Shown one piece after another: positions 25,690-35,164 of a stretch of DNA of 64,000 nucleotides. Source of the stretch: an uncultured Alphaproteobacteria bacterium (GTDB taxonomy: Bacteria; Pseudomonadota; Alphaproteobacteria; HIMB59; GCA-002718135); assembly GCA_902512415.1 (NCBI GenBank), contig CABXJB010000001.1, forward strand, positions 4,384-68,383. Direction: 5' to 3'. Under the pieces are notes generated by a model. It saw only the letters and a program-made list of their open reading frames with translations, made no database searches and had not been told where the DNA came from. The first letter of the stretch is position 1; the number at the start of each line of letters is the position of its first letter. The position numbers were made by a program, and so were the translations under genes.

Positions 25690-26651
25690 AGAAGTTTTAT
25701 TGATTGAAACATTTTATCTAAATATTTCTTGTTTGCATTATATAAATTTTCAGCTGTCTCAATTGACACTTTTTCAAAACATATTTCTTTTCCAAAAGAC
25801 TGATGTGATAATTTTGCTATATCATTTAAAATAACTGTAGCAATTTTTGGATATCCCCCAATAGTTGGATGATCAACCATTAATACAATTGGATTACCAT
25901 CGCCAGGAATTTGAACTGATCCTTTAATAATGCCTTCAGAGGGAATGTTTGAAGTATTTTTTGAGACAATTTTATTACCCTCCAATCGAACACCCATTCT
26001 GTCTGCACTTTTCGATATTTTAAAGGTTTTATTAAAAAAATTATTTATTGTTTCTTTTGAAAAAAAATTTATTTGTGGTCCCTCTATCGCTCTTATAATG
26101 TTATCTTTATTGTTAGATAGATAAGATAGTTGTTTTAATTTATTTTTTTTACTTTCCATATTAAATTCAATCAATTGATTTTCTTGAATGCGCTTTCCAT
26201 TATTTGGTCCAATCCCAGATCCTACTAACGTTGAACCACATCTATTATATTTATTTATTTTAAATCCACCGATCACGCCAAAATATCCATATACAGAAGT
26301 TTTCGTAGCTAGAATATCAATTATATCCCCTTCATTTAATTGGTATGTTCTATAAGTTTCTCCAATATTTTTTGAAAAATTTTCAGATTTTTTACTTATA
26401 ATAAAATGAACCTCTCCTGTAATTACAATTTGTACGTTCCCTTTATCTAGTCTAAGTCGAGGTCCTTGATAGGCAAACTCAATAATAGTTTCATTCTTCT
26501 CATTACCAAGTAACTTGTTTGCTGTTTGAAATAAATTATTATCTACAACACCTCCGGTAGTAATTCCAAAATGCTGTAAATATTCATAACCAAAATCTTG
26601 AAATGTAGTGTGAATTCCTGGTCTTTCAACTTTAAAATGGTAATTACTCAT
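25686..26651 (-). CDS. pxpC: 5-oxoprolinase subunit C (KipA/allophanate-hydrolase-subunit-2 family)
   Basis: Family pattern (GIHTTFQD, GGYPKIATV) and operon context with pxpB. ATG 26651 preferred. Confidence 0.8.
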   Translation of the reverse strand: MSNYHFKVERPGIHTTFQDFGYEYLQHFGITTGGVVDNNLFQTANKLLGNEKNETIIEFAYQGPRLRLDKGNVQIVITGEVHFIISKKSENFSKNIGETYRTYQLNEGDIIDILATKTSVYGYFGVIGGFKINKYNRCGSTLVGSGIGPNNGKRIQENQLIEFNMESKKNKLKQLSYLSNNKDNIIRAIEGPQINFFSKETINNFFNKTFKISKSADRMGVRLEGNKIVSKNTSNIPSEGIIKGSVQIPGDGNPIVLMVDHPTIGGYPKIATVILNDIAKLSHQSFGKEICFEKVSIETAENLYNANKKYLDKMFQSIKLL

Positions 26652-27339
26652 ATATTTTTTGCAATTCAAAAAATTCTTTTTTAGAAATCAAGCGAATTTT
26701 AATTTGAGAACCTGGATTTAAAAGTGTTGGTTTTTTTTTATCTTTAAAAAATAATTTTATTGGAGTTCGGCCGATGATATTCCAACCACCAGGACTTTCA
26801 TTGGGATATATTACACAAAATTTTTCTACTATTCCAACTGATCCAAAAGGTACTCGTAAACGAGGAGTATTTAATCTTAAAACATTTAGATTAGATTCCA
26901 AATCACCCATAAAGGGAAGTCCGGGCATAAAGCCTATCATATAAACAAAAAATTTAGTTGATAAATGTGATTTAATAATTGCATCTTCATCTATTTTGGT
27001 TTTTTTTGAAACATTTTGAATATCCAAAGCAAATTCTTCATCGTAACATACCGGTATTTCTAATTCTTCAACATTCTTCTTTGACCTAACTTGGGAAAAT
27101 TCAATATTATTAATAAAATTAATAAGATCTTCTTTATTTTTTTTCGAAGGATCAAAATGAATAAGCAGTTTATTGTAAGACGGAACACAATTTTTCAAAC
27201 CTAAAAAATTGTCTTTTTGCATATTTTTAGAAATATAATAGAAAGTATTAAGCACATTTTGATTTATTTCTTTTGTAATTTCGTTACCAAAATCTAATAA
27301 AAACGCTTGTTCACTAATTTGATTTACATTTTTAATCAT
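26644..27339 (-). CDS. pxpB: 5-oxoprolinase subunit B (KipI family)
   Basis: 231 aa with a cyclophilin-like KipI pattern (SPGGWNIIGRTP). Confidence 0.8.
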   Translation of the reverse strand: MIKNVNQISEQAFLLDFGNEITKEINQNVLNTFYYISKNMQKDNFLGLKNCVPSYNKLLIHFDPSKKNKEDLINFINNIEFSQVRSKKNVEELEIPVCYDEEFALDIQNVSKKTKIDEDAIIKSHLSTKFFVYMIGFMPGLPFMGDLESNLNVLRLNTPRLRVPFGSVGIVEKFCVIYPNESPGGWNIIGRTPIKLFFKDKKKPTLLNPGSQIKIRLISKKEFFELQKIYE

Positions 27340-27363
27340 TAATATTGTGATATACTACATTGA

Positions 27364-28137
27364 ATGGAAACAAATTTGAACTGCGATTTGGGCGAAAAAT
27401 CTTTTCATTATGATGGAAGTAATGATCAAGCATTGATGCAAATAATTAATACTGCAAACATTGCTTGTGGGTATCATGCTGGAAATAAAGAAACAATGAC
27501 TTCTACTATAAGGTTAGCAAAAGAAAATAATGTTAGTATTGGAGCACACCCTGGTTTTGATGATAAAAACAATTTTGGACGTAAGAGAATAAACCTTACT
27601 GAAAAAGAAATCAAAAAACTCGTGATTGATCAAATAAATATACTGAATGAGATTGCTAATAAAGAAAATATGCAATTAACTCATGTTAAACCCCATGGTG
27701 CTTTAAATAATATGGCATGTGAGAATTATGATTTATCTCTGGCAATCGGTTCTGCTATTAAAGAGTGTAATTTAGATTTAATTTATATGGTTCTTCCGCT
27801 AACAGAAATGGAAAACGCTGCTAAAAAACTTAATGTAAAATTTGCAACAGAAATATTTGCTGACAGAAATTATGATGATAATGGTTTATTGCTACCTCGG
27901 GATAAAAAAAATTCCATTGTTAATGATGTGCAAGAAGCAGTGAAAAATGTTACGCGTATGCTCGAAAATAGATCCATATACTGTTATTCTGGAAAAAAAA
28001 TTGCATGTGAATTTGATTCTATTTGCATTCATGGAGATGGAAAACTAGCTTTAGATATAGCTAATCACTTACATAAAGAATTGATTAAAGATGGTTTTAT
28101 ACTCAAGACACTCAATCAATTGAGTAAATTTAAATAA
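27364..28137 (+). CDS. pxpA: 5-oxoprolinase subunit A (LamB/YcsF family)
   Basis: NCDLGE near the N-terminus, GYHAG, HVKPHGALNN. Confidence 0.85.
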   Translation: METNLNCDLGEKSFHYDGSNDQALMQIINTANIACGYHAGNKETMTSTIRLAKENNVSIGAHPGFDDKNNFGRKRINLTEKEIKKLVIDQINILNEIANKENMQLTHVKPHGALNNMACENYDLSLAIGSAIKECNLDLIYMVLPLTEMENAAKKLNVKFATEIFADRNYDDNGLLLPRDKKNSIVNDVQEAVKNVTRMLENRSIYCYSGKKIACEFDSICIHGDGKLALDIANHLHKELIKDGFILKTLNQLSKFK

Positions 28138-28193
28138 CATCACTTGATAAAAGTTAATTGCTTTTTTAAATTTCTTGTTCTTAAAAAATTACT

Positions 28194-29621
28194 TTAAATG
28201 CCCAGTTCTAAATATGATTTTTCAATCTTCTTTAATGCTACAGCGTAAGCAGACATGCGGTAACTATCTAAATCATATTTTTCTTTATTCTCCAGCATGT
28301 CTTGAAAGGAAGTTCTCATTGTATCTTCTAGTCCTGAAGCAATTATATCCTCTTCATTCGCACCGTGTACGAGTTGTTTTATCAAATTCTTAGGTATGTT
28401 TTTATCAGAAATACTCTGAATAGCTTTAATAATTGCTTCTCCTCTATCTTCTTCATATCGTTTGTTCAATCTACCCATTCGAATATGACTAGTGTTCCTA
28501 ATCCATTCAAAGTAAGATACTGTCACACCACCAGCATTGGCATAAATATCGGGAATAATTACCTTCTTTTTTTCTAACAATTTTTTATTTGCTCGGTAAG
28601 TTATTGGCCCATTTGCACCTTCACAAATAATCTTTGCTTGAATTGTATCTGCGTTGTTTAAAGTGATCACACCTTCTAAAGCGGCAGGAATTAAAATGTC
28701 ACACTTATAGGAGAGTAAATCAATAGACTTTTTTACATTTTGTGTATTTGGAAAATTTAATATCGTTTGTTTTTCACTTTGATATTTCTCTAGTTGATAT
28801 ATGTCTATTCCATCTTCACTAAAAATTCCTCCCTCTCTTTCCGCTACTCCAATAATTCTTGCACCATTATCATATAAAGCTTTAGCTGAATTTATACCTA
28901 CATTTCCAAATCCTTGAATGATAATTGTTTGATCACTTAATGTACCATCAATACTGTGTTTTGTAAGCTCATTAGAATGTCTAAAAAATTCTTTTAACGC
29001 CTCACAAACTCCCCTTCCTGTTGCCTCTAATCTTCCCTTTATACCTCCATGATCAGTTGACTTACCTGTAACACAAGCTGCATGATTGATATCATCGGGA
29101 CGTAAACTTTTATAAGCATCAAGAATCCAACCCATCTCTCTTTGAGAAGTCCCCATATCAGGAGCAGGCACATCTCTAGCAGGACTTAAATACCCTTTTC
29201 TTATTAGCTCTCTAGCAAATTTTTTAGTAATTTTTTCTAATGATTCTTCATCATACTGTTTTGGATCAATTAGCAATCCTCCTTTTGCACCACCAAAAGG
29301 TACATCTACAACTGCACATTTAAATGTCATCAAGGAAGCTAATGCCTCAACTTCTTCTTGATTCACATTTGTAGAAAATCTTAATCCTCCCTTTACTGGC
29401 AAACGATGAGTAGAATGTACTGCTCTCCATCCATGAAAAATTTCAATTTGATTTTTTATTTTTACGGGGAATTTTACTTGTAAAACTGAGCGACAAGTTT
29501 TTAATATTTTTGCAATATTAGAATCAATGTTTATTTTTGTAATGGTATCATTAACCATCATATCTACATTTTCTAAGAAGGTTGGTTTTTTTTCAATATC
29601 TTTCATTATTTTGCTGTCCAA
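28194..29621 (-). CDS. Glu/Leu/Phe/Val-dehydrogenase family protein (glutamate-dehydrogenase-like)
   Basis: 475 aa; catalytic-Lys region PFGGAKGG and Rossmann motif GFGNVG. Confidence 0.85.
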   Translation of the reverse strand: MDSKIMKDIEKKPTFLENVDMMVNDTITKINIDSNIAKILKTCRSVLQVKFPVKIKNQIEIFHGWRAVHSTHRLPVKGGLRFSTNVNQEEVEALASLMTFKCAVVDVPFGGAKGGLLIDPKQYDEESLEKITKKFARELIRKGYLSPARDVPAPDMGTSQREMGWILDAYKSLRPDDINHAACVTGKSTDHGGIKGRLEATGRGVCEALKEFFRHSNELTKHSIDGTLSDQTIIIQGFGNVGINSAKALYDNGARIIGVAEREGGIFSEDGIDIYQLEKYQSEKQTILNFPNTQNVKKSIDLLSYKCDILIPAALEGVITLNNADTIQAKIICEGANGPITYRANKKLLEKKKVIIPDIYANAGGVTVSYFEWIRNTSHIRMGRLNKRYEEDRGEAIIKAIQSISDKNIPKNLIKQLVHGANEEDIIASGLEDTMRTSFQDMLENKEKYDLDSYRMSAYAVALKKIEKSYLELGI

Positions 29622-30373
29622 CCACCATCAATAACTAATGATGAACCAGTTATCATTGATGAAGCATTAGATGCTAAATACACAACAGCAGTTGCTATAT
29701 CGCTATCAGTGGCAAGCCGGCCTAAAGGAATATTATTCATCATTTCTTTTTTAAATTTTTTATCTTTAAAAAATTTTTTTACCATTGGAGTTTCAACAAA
29801 AGTTGGGCAGACTGAATTGACACGAATATTATATTTTGCTAAATCTAGTGCCATCCCTCTTGTTAAGCCCTCAAGACCAAATTTTGTCATATTATATATA
29901 CTTCTATTTGGTGCTCCAACTTTCCCTAATTGAGAAGACATATTAATAATAGAACCACCTTTTGCTTTTCTATTTTTTGACTTTAGCATTACTTTTGAAG
30001 CCATCTGAGCTACATGAAAAGCAGCTTTCATATTCAAATCTACAACATAATCCATGTCTTCTTTTTTAATTTTCGTAAAATGGTCTGGTCTGTTTGTCCC
30101 TGCATTATTTACCAATATATCCAAAGTAGAAATTCTATTAAATACACTTTTTACATCATCATAGTTCGAGACATCACATATATAGAATTTACATTTTCTC
30201 TTAAGTTTAGTGATTTGTTTTTCAACCTTATCTAAATCACTTTTAGTTCTACTAAGAATAATCACATTAGCACCTGCCTCTGCTAAAGCTATAGCACAGG
30301 CTTTACCAATACCCTTGCCGGCTCCTGTAACTAAAGCTGTTGTATTTTTTACTTGTGTTTGCTGTAAATACAT
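29606..30373 (-). CDS. short-chain dehydrogenase/reductase (SDR)
   Basis: TGAGKGIG cofactor motif, NNAG, and the catalytic Y-x3-K (YNMTK). Confidence 0.85.
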   Translation of the reverse strand: MYLQQTQVKNTTALVTGAGKGIGKACAIALAEAGANVIILSRTKSDLDKVEKQITKLKRKCKFYICDVSNYDDVKSVFNRISTLDILVNNAGTNRPDHFTKIKKEDMDYVVDLNMKAAFHVAQMASKVMLKSKNRKAKGGSIINMSSQLGKVGAPNRSIYNMTKFGLEGLTRGMALDLAKYNIRVNSVCPTFVETPMVKKFFKDKKFKKEMMNNIPLGRLATDSDIATAVVYLASNASSMITGSSLVIDGGWTAK

Positions 30374-30406
30374 TATGTAAAATATAACATTAATATTAAA
30401 TTTCTT

Positions 30407-31288
30407 CTAACCTTTTACTGCTCCTGTAGTTAAACCACTAATAAGTTGGCGTTGAAAAAACATTACTATCATAAATAGCGGAGCTGTTGCTGAAACAACA
30501 CAAGCAACTGCCCACATATAATTACCACCATATTCAACAGTTCCTAAATAAGCGTTTATCTTTGGAACCATAGTATAATTTTGTTGATTAAGTAAAAGTG
30601 ATGTTACTGTAAAATCATTGTAGGCTAACATTAAACTGAAAAGCCCAGCTGTAATGACACCAGGCCACATAACGGGCATAATAACATATCGAAAAGCTTG
30701 AAAATATGAACACCCGTCTATTAGTGCGCTCTCATCAAGTTCTTTTGGCACCGTCTTAAAAAATGAATATAGCAACCATAGTGTAAATGGTTGGTTAATT
30801 GCTACCAAAACAATAATTGTCGTTGGCAGAATTCCCCAAATGTTTAGTTGAAAAAAAGGAAAAAGATACCCAGAAACAAGCGTAATATGAGGCATTGCCC
30901 TAAAAATTAGCGCAGCAATTAAAATATAAAAAGTATATTTATAAGTGGACCTTGAAAGAGCATATGCTCCTAATGTTCCTAAAAACAATGAAATGGTAAC
31001 AACCGATACAGTAATAATCATAGTATTCTTTGTTGCTCTCCAAAATTCTCCTTCAATCCAAGAGTCAATATATGCAATGAGAGTAGATGTTGAGCCTGTC
31101 TCTATAAATGTATGGAAACCAGTTACTGCATACATCCAATCAGCTCTTGAGAAAAAATCAGCTTTAACTTTGAAAGAACCCCAAAAAGTCCAAATGAAAG
31201 GAAAAACAGAAATCACTAACCAAAAAATAATGAAAATACTATTGAAAATTATTAATTGTTTAGAATATCTGTTTACTTTAGATTCCAT
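30407..31288 (-). CDS. CUT1-type ABC transporter permease (MalG-like)
   Basis: 293 aa, 6 TM, EAA-loop region ESALIDGCSYFQAFRYVIMP. Confidence 0.85.
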   Translation of the reverse strand: MESKVNRYSKQLIIFNSIFIIFWLVISVFPFIWTFWGSFKVKADFFSRADWMYAVTGFHTFIETGSTSTLIAYIDSWIEGEFWRATKNTMIITVSVVTISLFLGTLGAYALSRSTYKYTFYILIAALIFRAMPHITLVSGYLFPFFQLNIWGILPTTIIVLVAINQPFTLWLLYSFFKTVPKELDESALIDGCSYFQAFRYVIMPVMWPGVITAGLFSLMLAYNDFTVTSLLLNQQNYTMVPKINAYLGTVEYGGNYMWAVACVVSATAPLFMIVMFFQRQLISGLTTGAVKG

Positions 31289-31289
31289 T

Positions 31290-32318
31290 TTATCTCTCTG
31301 TTTTAAATTCTTTCCAAGTTCTAATTAGAACTGGGGTTAACAAAAATCCAACTCCTATAATTGTAAGCATTGAGGTTGCTCCTGCAGATCCAAACAACAT
31401 AATACTTTCATTTCTTAAATCAGAATATATCAACCATGAAAGTGATTGAGCTGCTCCCTCTGCCTTAAAACCAATTATAGGTTCAAAAACTCGAAAATTA
31501 TCCATTAAACAAATTAACATTATGAAAGTAGCCACAGGATATAAATGAGGTATTACAATGTATCTAACCCTTTGATATCTTGATGCTCCATCTATTATGG
31601 CTGCCTCAAGCGGATCCAGAGGAACTGTTTGTAATGCTGCATAAAAAACAACAAAAGCAAACGGAGTATTATGCCATATCCCATAAATAATTAGAGTTAT
31701 CCATGTCAATTCACTTGAAGATTTTAAAGATAAATTTGGATCGTCAAAAATATTTTGAATGGTTGCTCCTAATATACCCTTAGCATCTATCATCCAAAAT
31801 AAAACTAATGAGCCAATTAAGGGCGTAACAATCATTGGTAAAATTGTTCCAAATATGGTTGGACCTTTAATAGTTTGAGATATTGTGTTTATACTTAAAG
31901 CTACAATAAATCCTAAAACAATTACAGGTGGGGTTACAGCAAAACAAAAAGTTAGTGTAAATAAGAGCGCCTTATAAAATGGTAGATTAAAAATTATGTC
32001 AAAGAATTGATTATAGGATGAAGAAACTTTCCAGGCGTCATTAATTTCATTAAAGGCAAGATGATTTCTATCAGCATAAGTTCTTAATCCATTAAATCTT
32101 CCAAGTGGGTTTTCTTCATCTATTATTTTAGTTGCTTCCAGGTCTACCCTGACCTCTGTTTTACATCCAAATACATCACAATTTTCTACTTCCATTAAAA
32201 TTTGTTCATTTTCGATATGTAGAGATTGAAAGAAACTTGATATTATGGGCAACCCAATAAAAAGTAACATTGCCAGACCACTAGGGAAGAAAAACCAAAA
32301 GAAAGTTTTGTGAGGCAT
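31290..32318 (-). CDS. CUT1-type ABC transporter permease (MalF-like)
   Basis: 342 aa polytopic, EAA-loop region EAAIIDGASRYQRVRYIVIP. Confidence 0.85.
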   Translation of the reverse strand: MPHKTFFWFFFPSGLAMLLFIGLPIISSFFQSLHIENEQILMEVENCDVFGCKTEVRVDLEATKIIDEENPLGRFNGLRTYADRNHLAFNEINDAWKVSSSYNQFFDIIFNLPFYKALLFTLTFCFAVTPPVIVLGFIVALSINTISQTIKGPTIFGTILPMIVTPLIGSLVLFWMIDAKGILGATIQNIFDDPNLSLKSSSELTWITLIIYGIWHNTPFAFVVFYAALQTVPLDPLEAAIIDGASRYQRVRYIVIPHLYPVATFIMLICLMDNFRVFEPIIGFKAEGAAQSLSWLIYSDLRNESIMLFGSAGATSMLTIIGVGFLLTPVLIRTWKEFKTER

Positions 32319-32338
32319 TATATATGTATATTAAATAA

Positions 32339-32364
32339 AGAGTGGAACATCAATGTTCCACTCT
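32339..32364 (-). terminator. intra-operon hairpin after the SBP gene
   Basis: Stem agagtggaaca (32339-32349) / tgttccactct (32354-32364) with a 4-nt loop; T-rich tract follows on the minus strand. Confidence 0.5.
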
Positions 32365-32382
32365 AATGTAAATAAATAAGGC

Positions 32383-33612
32383 TTATAGAAAACCTTGTTC
32401 TGTAGCTTTTGCAATATATGCTGCTTCTACATCATCCAATGCCTTTTGAGCAGATTCATTTCCTTGTAAAAATTCAACTATCTCAGTAGACAATGCACCA
32501 TGCAGTAAACTCATATGTGGTAAGCTTGGATAAGGAGTAGCGCCTCTGTTTGCAGCATCTACAACAGGACCAGCCGTATCACCAGGTGTGTAACCTTTAA
32601 TTAACCAAATAGTTGCATTTGGATTATTATTAGCCATTTCTGTTGATGTAGCGGCACCTAATAAAGCTCTAAAAGATGCTTCAGCTTCTGCATCCGAAGT
32701 ATTTGTTGCAATTCCAAATCCATCCCACCAAAGTGTTGTTGCAGGTTTACTTCCACCTCCAACTGAAGGAGAAGGAGCTAGTCTAGTATCAGCTTTAATC
32801 ATTTGATCACCTTCATCATCTAATATAGATGCTGCACCAGAGTTCCAAATGTGCATTAAAGCTAAGTTTCCTGATTCCCATTCTTCTTTAACAGCATTAG
32901 TATCTTGTGTTAAGAAATCTGGATTAGCTACTTCAGTAAGATTTTTAAGCATATTCAAAGTTGCAAGACCTTGATCATTATTAATACTTAGTTCAGCTGA
33001 GCCAGCTTTAAAAAACTCTCCTCCGTGTCCTAAATACATGTTAACAAATTCTTGACCTAAATTCCAACCTGCTTGAAAAGCACCTCCATATGGGTTAGCC
33101 ATTTTACCAGAAGCTTGAATTTTTTTTCCAGCCTCAATAACTTCCTCATATGTCGATGGAACAGCAATACCAAGTTCATTTAAAATACTTTCTCTGTACC
33201 AAAGATGTTGAGCATTTGCCATAAAAGCAATTGCATAAATCTTACCATCAATAGTAATCTTTTGATTGTCATTTAAATTATCGCCATATTTAGCAACTAA
33301 ATCATCTAGTGGACGTATCAATCCATCATTCATCAAAGTTGTTATTGATCCATTAGTTACAAGCTTTGCAGAAAACTCTGCAGGATTTGCTGATAAAGCT
33401 GCTACTTGCAATTTGTTATGATCAACAGAGTGTGTGACACTAAAATCTGCATCAGCTCCCGCACAACTTTTTACTTCATCCATAAAAATTCTGTATGTAG
33501 TAAATTCGTTAGCAAGTATATTTATTTTTCCACCTGAAACATTACAAGGATCAGCAGCAAATGTCCCTGTACTTACAAGTGAAAAAATGATTGCGTAAAA
33601 AATATTTTTCAT
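32383..33612 (-). CDS. ABC transporter substrate-binding protein, family 1 (CUT1 sugar/polyol type)
   Basis: ATG 33612 is preceded by a GGGGG-containing RBS; signal peptide MKNIFYAIIFSLVSTGTFA. The longer track start is unlikely. Confidence 0.8.
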   Translation of the reverse strand: MKNIFYAIIFSLVSTGTFAADPCNVSGGKINILANEFTTYRIFMDEVKSCAGADADFSVTHSVDHNKLQVAALSANPAEFSAKLVTNGSITTLMNDGLIRPLDDLVAKYGDNLNDNQKITIDGKIYAIAFMANAQHLWYRESILNELGIAVPSTYEEVIEAGKKIQASGKMANPYGGAFQAGWNLGQEFVNMYLGHGGEFFKAGSAELSINNDQGLATLNMLKNLTEVANPDFLTQDTNAVKEEWESGNLALMHIWNSGAASILDDEGDQMIKADTRLAPSPSVGGGSKPATTLWWDGFGIATNTSDAEAEASFRALLGAATSTEMANNNPNATIWLIKGYTPGDTAGPVVDAANRGATPYPSLPHMSLLHGALSTEIVEFLQGNESAQKALDDVEAAYIAKATEQGFL

Positions 33613-33691
33613 TGTATTACCCCCTAAATATTTTTTTCGTGCAAAATGCACTTTTTCAATTAATAGATCATATTGCAATAGAATGAATAAT

Positions 33692-33709
33692 TATTCAAGT
33701 ATTTGAATA
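33692..33709. promoter_or_regulatory. 18-bp palindrome TATTCAAgtatTTGAATA, candidate LacI-family operator
   Basis: Read directly; lies between the divergent SBP (33612) and lacI-like (33739) starts. Confidence 0.5.
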
Positions 33710-33738
33710 TTATGATGGGGATAATATAATGGAGATAT

Positions 33739-34743
33739 ATGAAGAAAATTAAAAAAATTGCCACTTCTCAAGATGTAGCTAGTTTGGCTGGAGTATCTCA
33801 ATCTGCAGTTTCAAGATGTTTCACAAAGGGAGCTAGTATTTCAAACAGAACAAAGCTTCGTGTTATAGAAGCTGCCAAAAAATTAGGCTATAAAGTTCAA
33901 AACTTTTCTCATCCTGCAGCAACATCAGGTGATAGTGGTTTAGTAGGCGTTATCTTACCTTATATTACAAATCGATATTATCCTGAGGTATTAACAGAAT
34001 TGCATGAAGCGCTTAGAAATAGAAATTACCGAATATTATTGATTACAACAGATGATAGTGAAGAGTTAGATGACAAACTGATACAGCCATACCTTAAAGA
34101 GAAGTTGATAGCTATTATAACTGCTACTAAACCAACAGACAAATTTGTTGCAAGTTGTAATGAACAAAAAATTCAAGTGATTGCCTATAACCGAAATTTT
34201 AAAATTCCAACTACAAGTTCAGTAGGTTGTGATCATCGAAATGGTGGGGAGCTTGTTGCACAACATTTAAATCAAAATAAACATAAAAACATAGGTATAA
34301 TAGAGGGGCCAAAAGGAACTTTGGTTAGTGATGAAAGATGTAAAGGTTTTAAAAACTACATTAATAATTTTAAAAATATTAAATTAATTTTTGAGAAAGG
34401 TAATTTCACTTATGAAGGAGGTTATCAAGCTGCAGAAAAAATTTTAAAAAATAAAAATATTTCAGCTATCTTTTGTGCTGATGACACTATGGCTTTTGGT
34501 TGTATGGATTTTATTAAAGATAAAACTAAATATAAAATACCAAGTGACATAGAAGTTATAGGGTTTGATGATATGTTGATGGCAAATTGGGAGTCTTATA
34601 AATTAAGCACAATTAAACAACCTATTAGACAAATGTCAAAATTAGTAACTCAATTAATTGACGAATATATTCAAGACCCTGATTTTGAACCTGCTAATCA
34701 TTCCATAGAAGGAAAATTCATTAAAAGAAAAACTACTAAATAA
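33739..34743 (+). CDS. LacI-family transcription regulator
   Basis: N-terminal HTH (TSQDVASLAGVSQSAVSRCF) followed by a periplasmic-binding-protein-like effector domain. Confidence 0.85.
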   Translation: MKKIKKIATSQDVASLAGVSQSAVSRCFTKGASISNRTKLRVIEAAKKLGYKVQNFSHPAATSGDSGLVGVILPYITNRYYPEVLTELHEALRNRNYRILLITTDDSEELDDKLIQPYLKEKLIAIITATKPTDKFVASCNEQKIQVIAYNRNFKIPTTSSVGCDHRNGGELVAQHLNQNKHKNIGIIEGPKGTLVSDERCKGFKNYINNFKNIKLIFEKGNFTYEGGYQAAEKILKNKNISAIFCADDTMAFGCMDFIKDKTKYKIPSDIEVIGFDDMLMANWESYKLSTIKQPIRQMSKLVTQLIDEYIQDPDFEPANHSIEGKFIKRKTTK

Positions 34744-34744
34744 T

Positions 34745-35164
34745 TTATTTAAATTTTATTCCCATTTGTTGTAAGACTGAATAATTATCAACCATAACAA
34801 AGTTTTCAGAAAATTTACCATTTTTGATTAGCCAAAAGTCTGAAAATTGCATCTTAATTGGTTTTCCTGTTGCCTGAATATCTAAATACGTGCCGCTGTG
34901 TGTTCCTGTTAAATAACCTGTAGCACTTGCCCAATTTTCATCTGCCACCACAATATCATTTTCAACGTAATAATCTGGAAAAGCTGCATAAAAAGGCTTC
35001 ATCACTTGCTCTTTAAAATTTTCTAAGCCATGAATGTCTCCAAATCCTGGAGGTCCATGCCAAATCATATCTTGATGCCAATATTTATCATGCGCATTTA
35101 AATCTTTCGAATTTAAAGCAACATACATATCTTCAACTAATTTTTTGTTAAATTCAGCACTCAT
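34745..35164 (-). CDS. SnoaL-like / predicted ester cyclase (NTF2-like fold), single domain
   Basis: 139 aa with the pattern ...HGPPGFGDIHGLENFK...GTHSGTYLDIQATGKPIKMQFSDFWLIKNGKFSENF, typical of COG5485-type SnoaL-like proteins. Confidence 0.65.
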   Translation of the reverse strand: MSAEFNKKLVEDMYVALNSKDLNAHDKYWHQDMIWHGPPGFGDIHGLENFKEQVMKPFYAAFPDYYVENDIVVADENWASATGYLTGTHSGTYLDIQATGKPIKMQFSDFWLIKNGKFSENFVMVDNYSVLQQMGIKFK

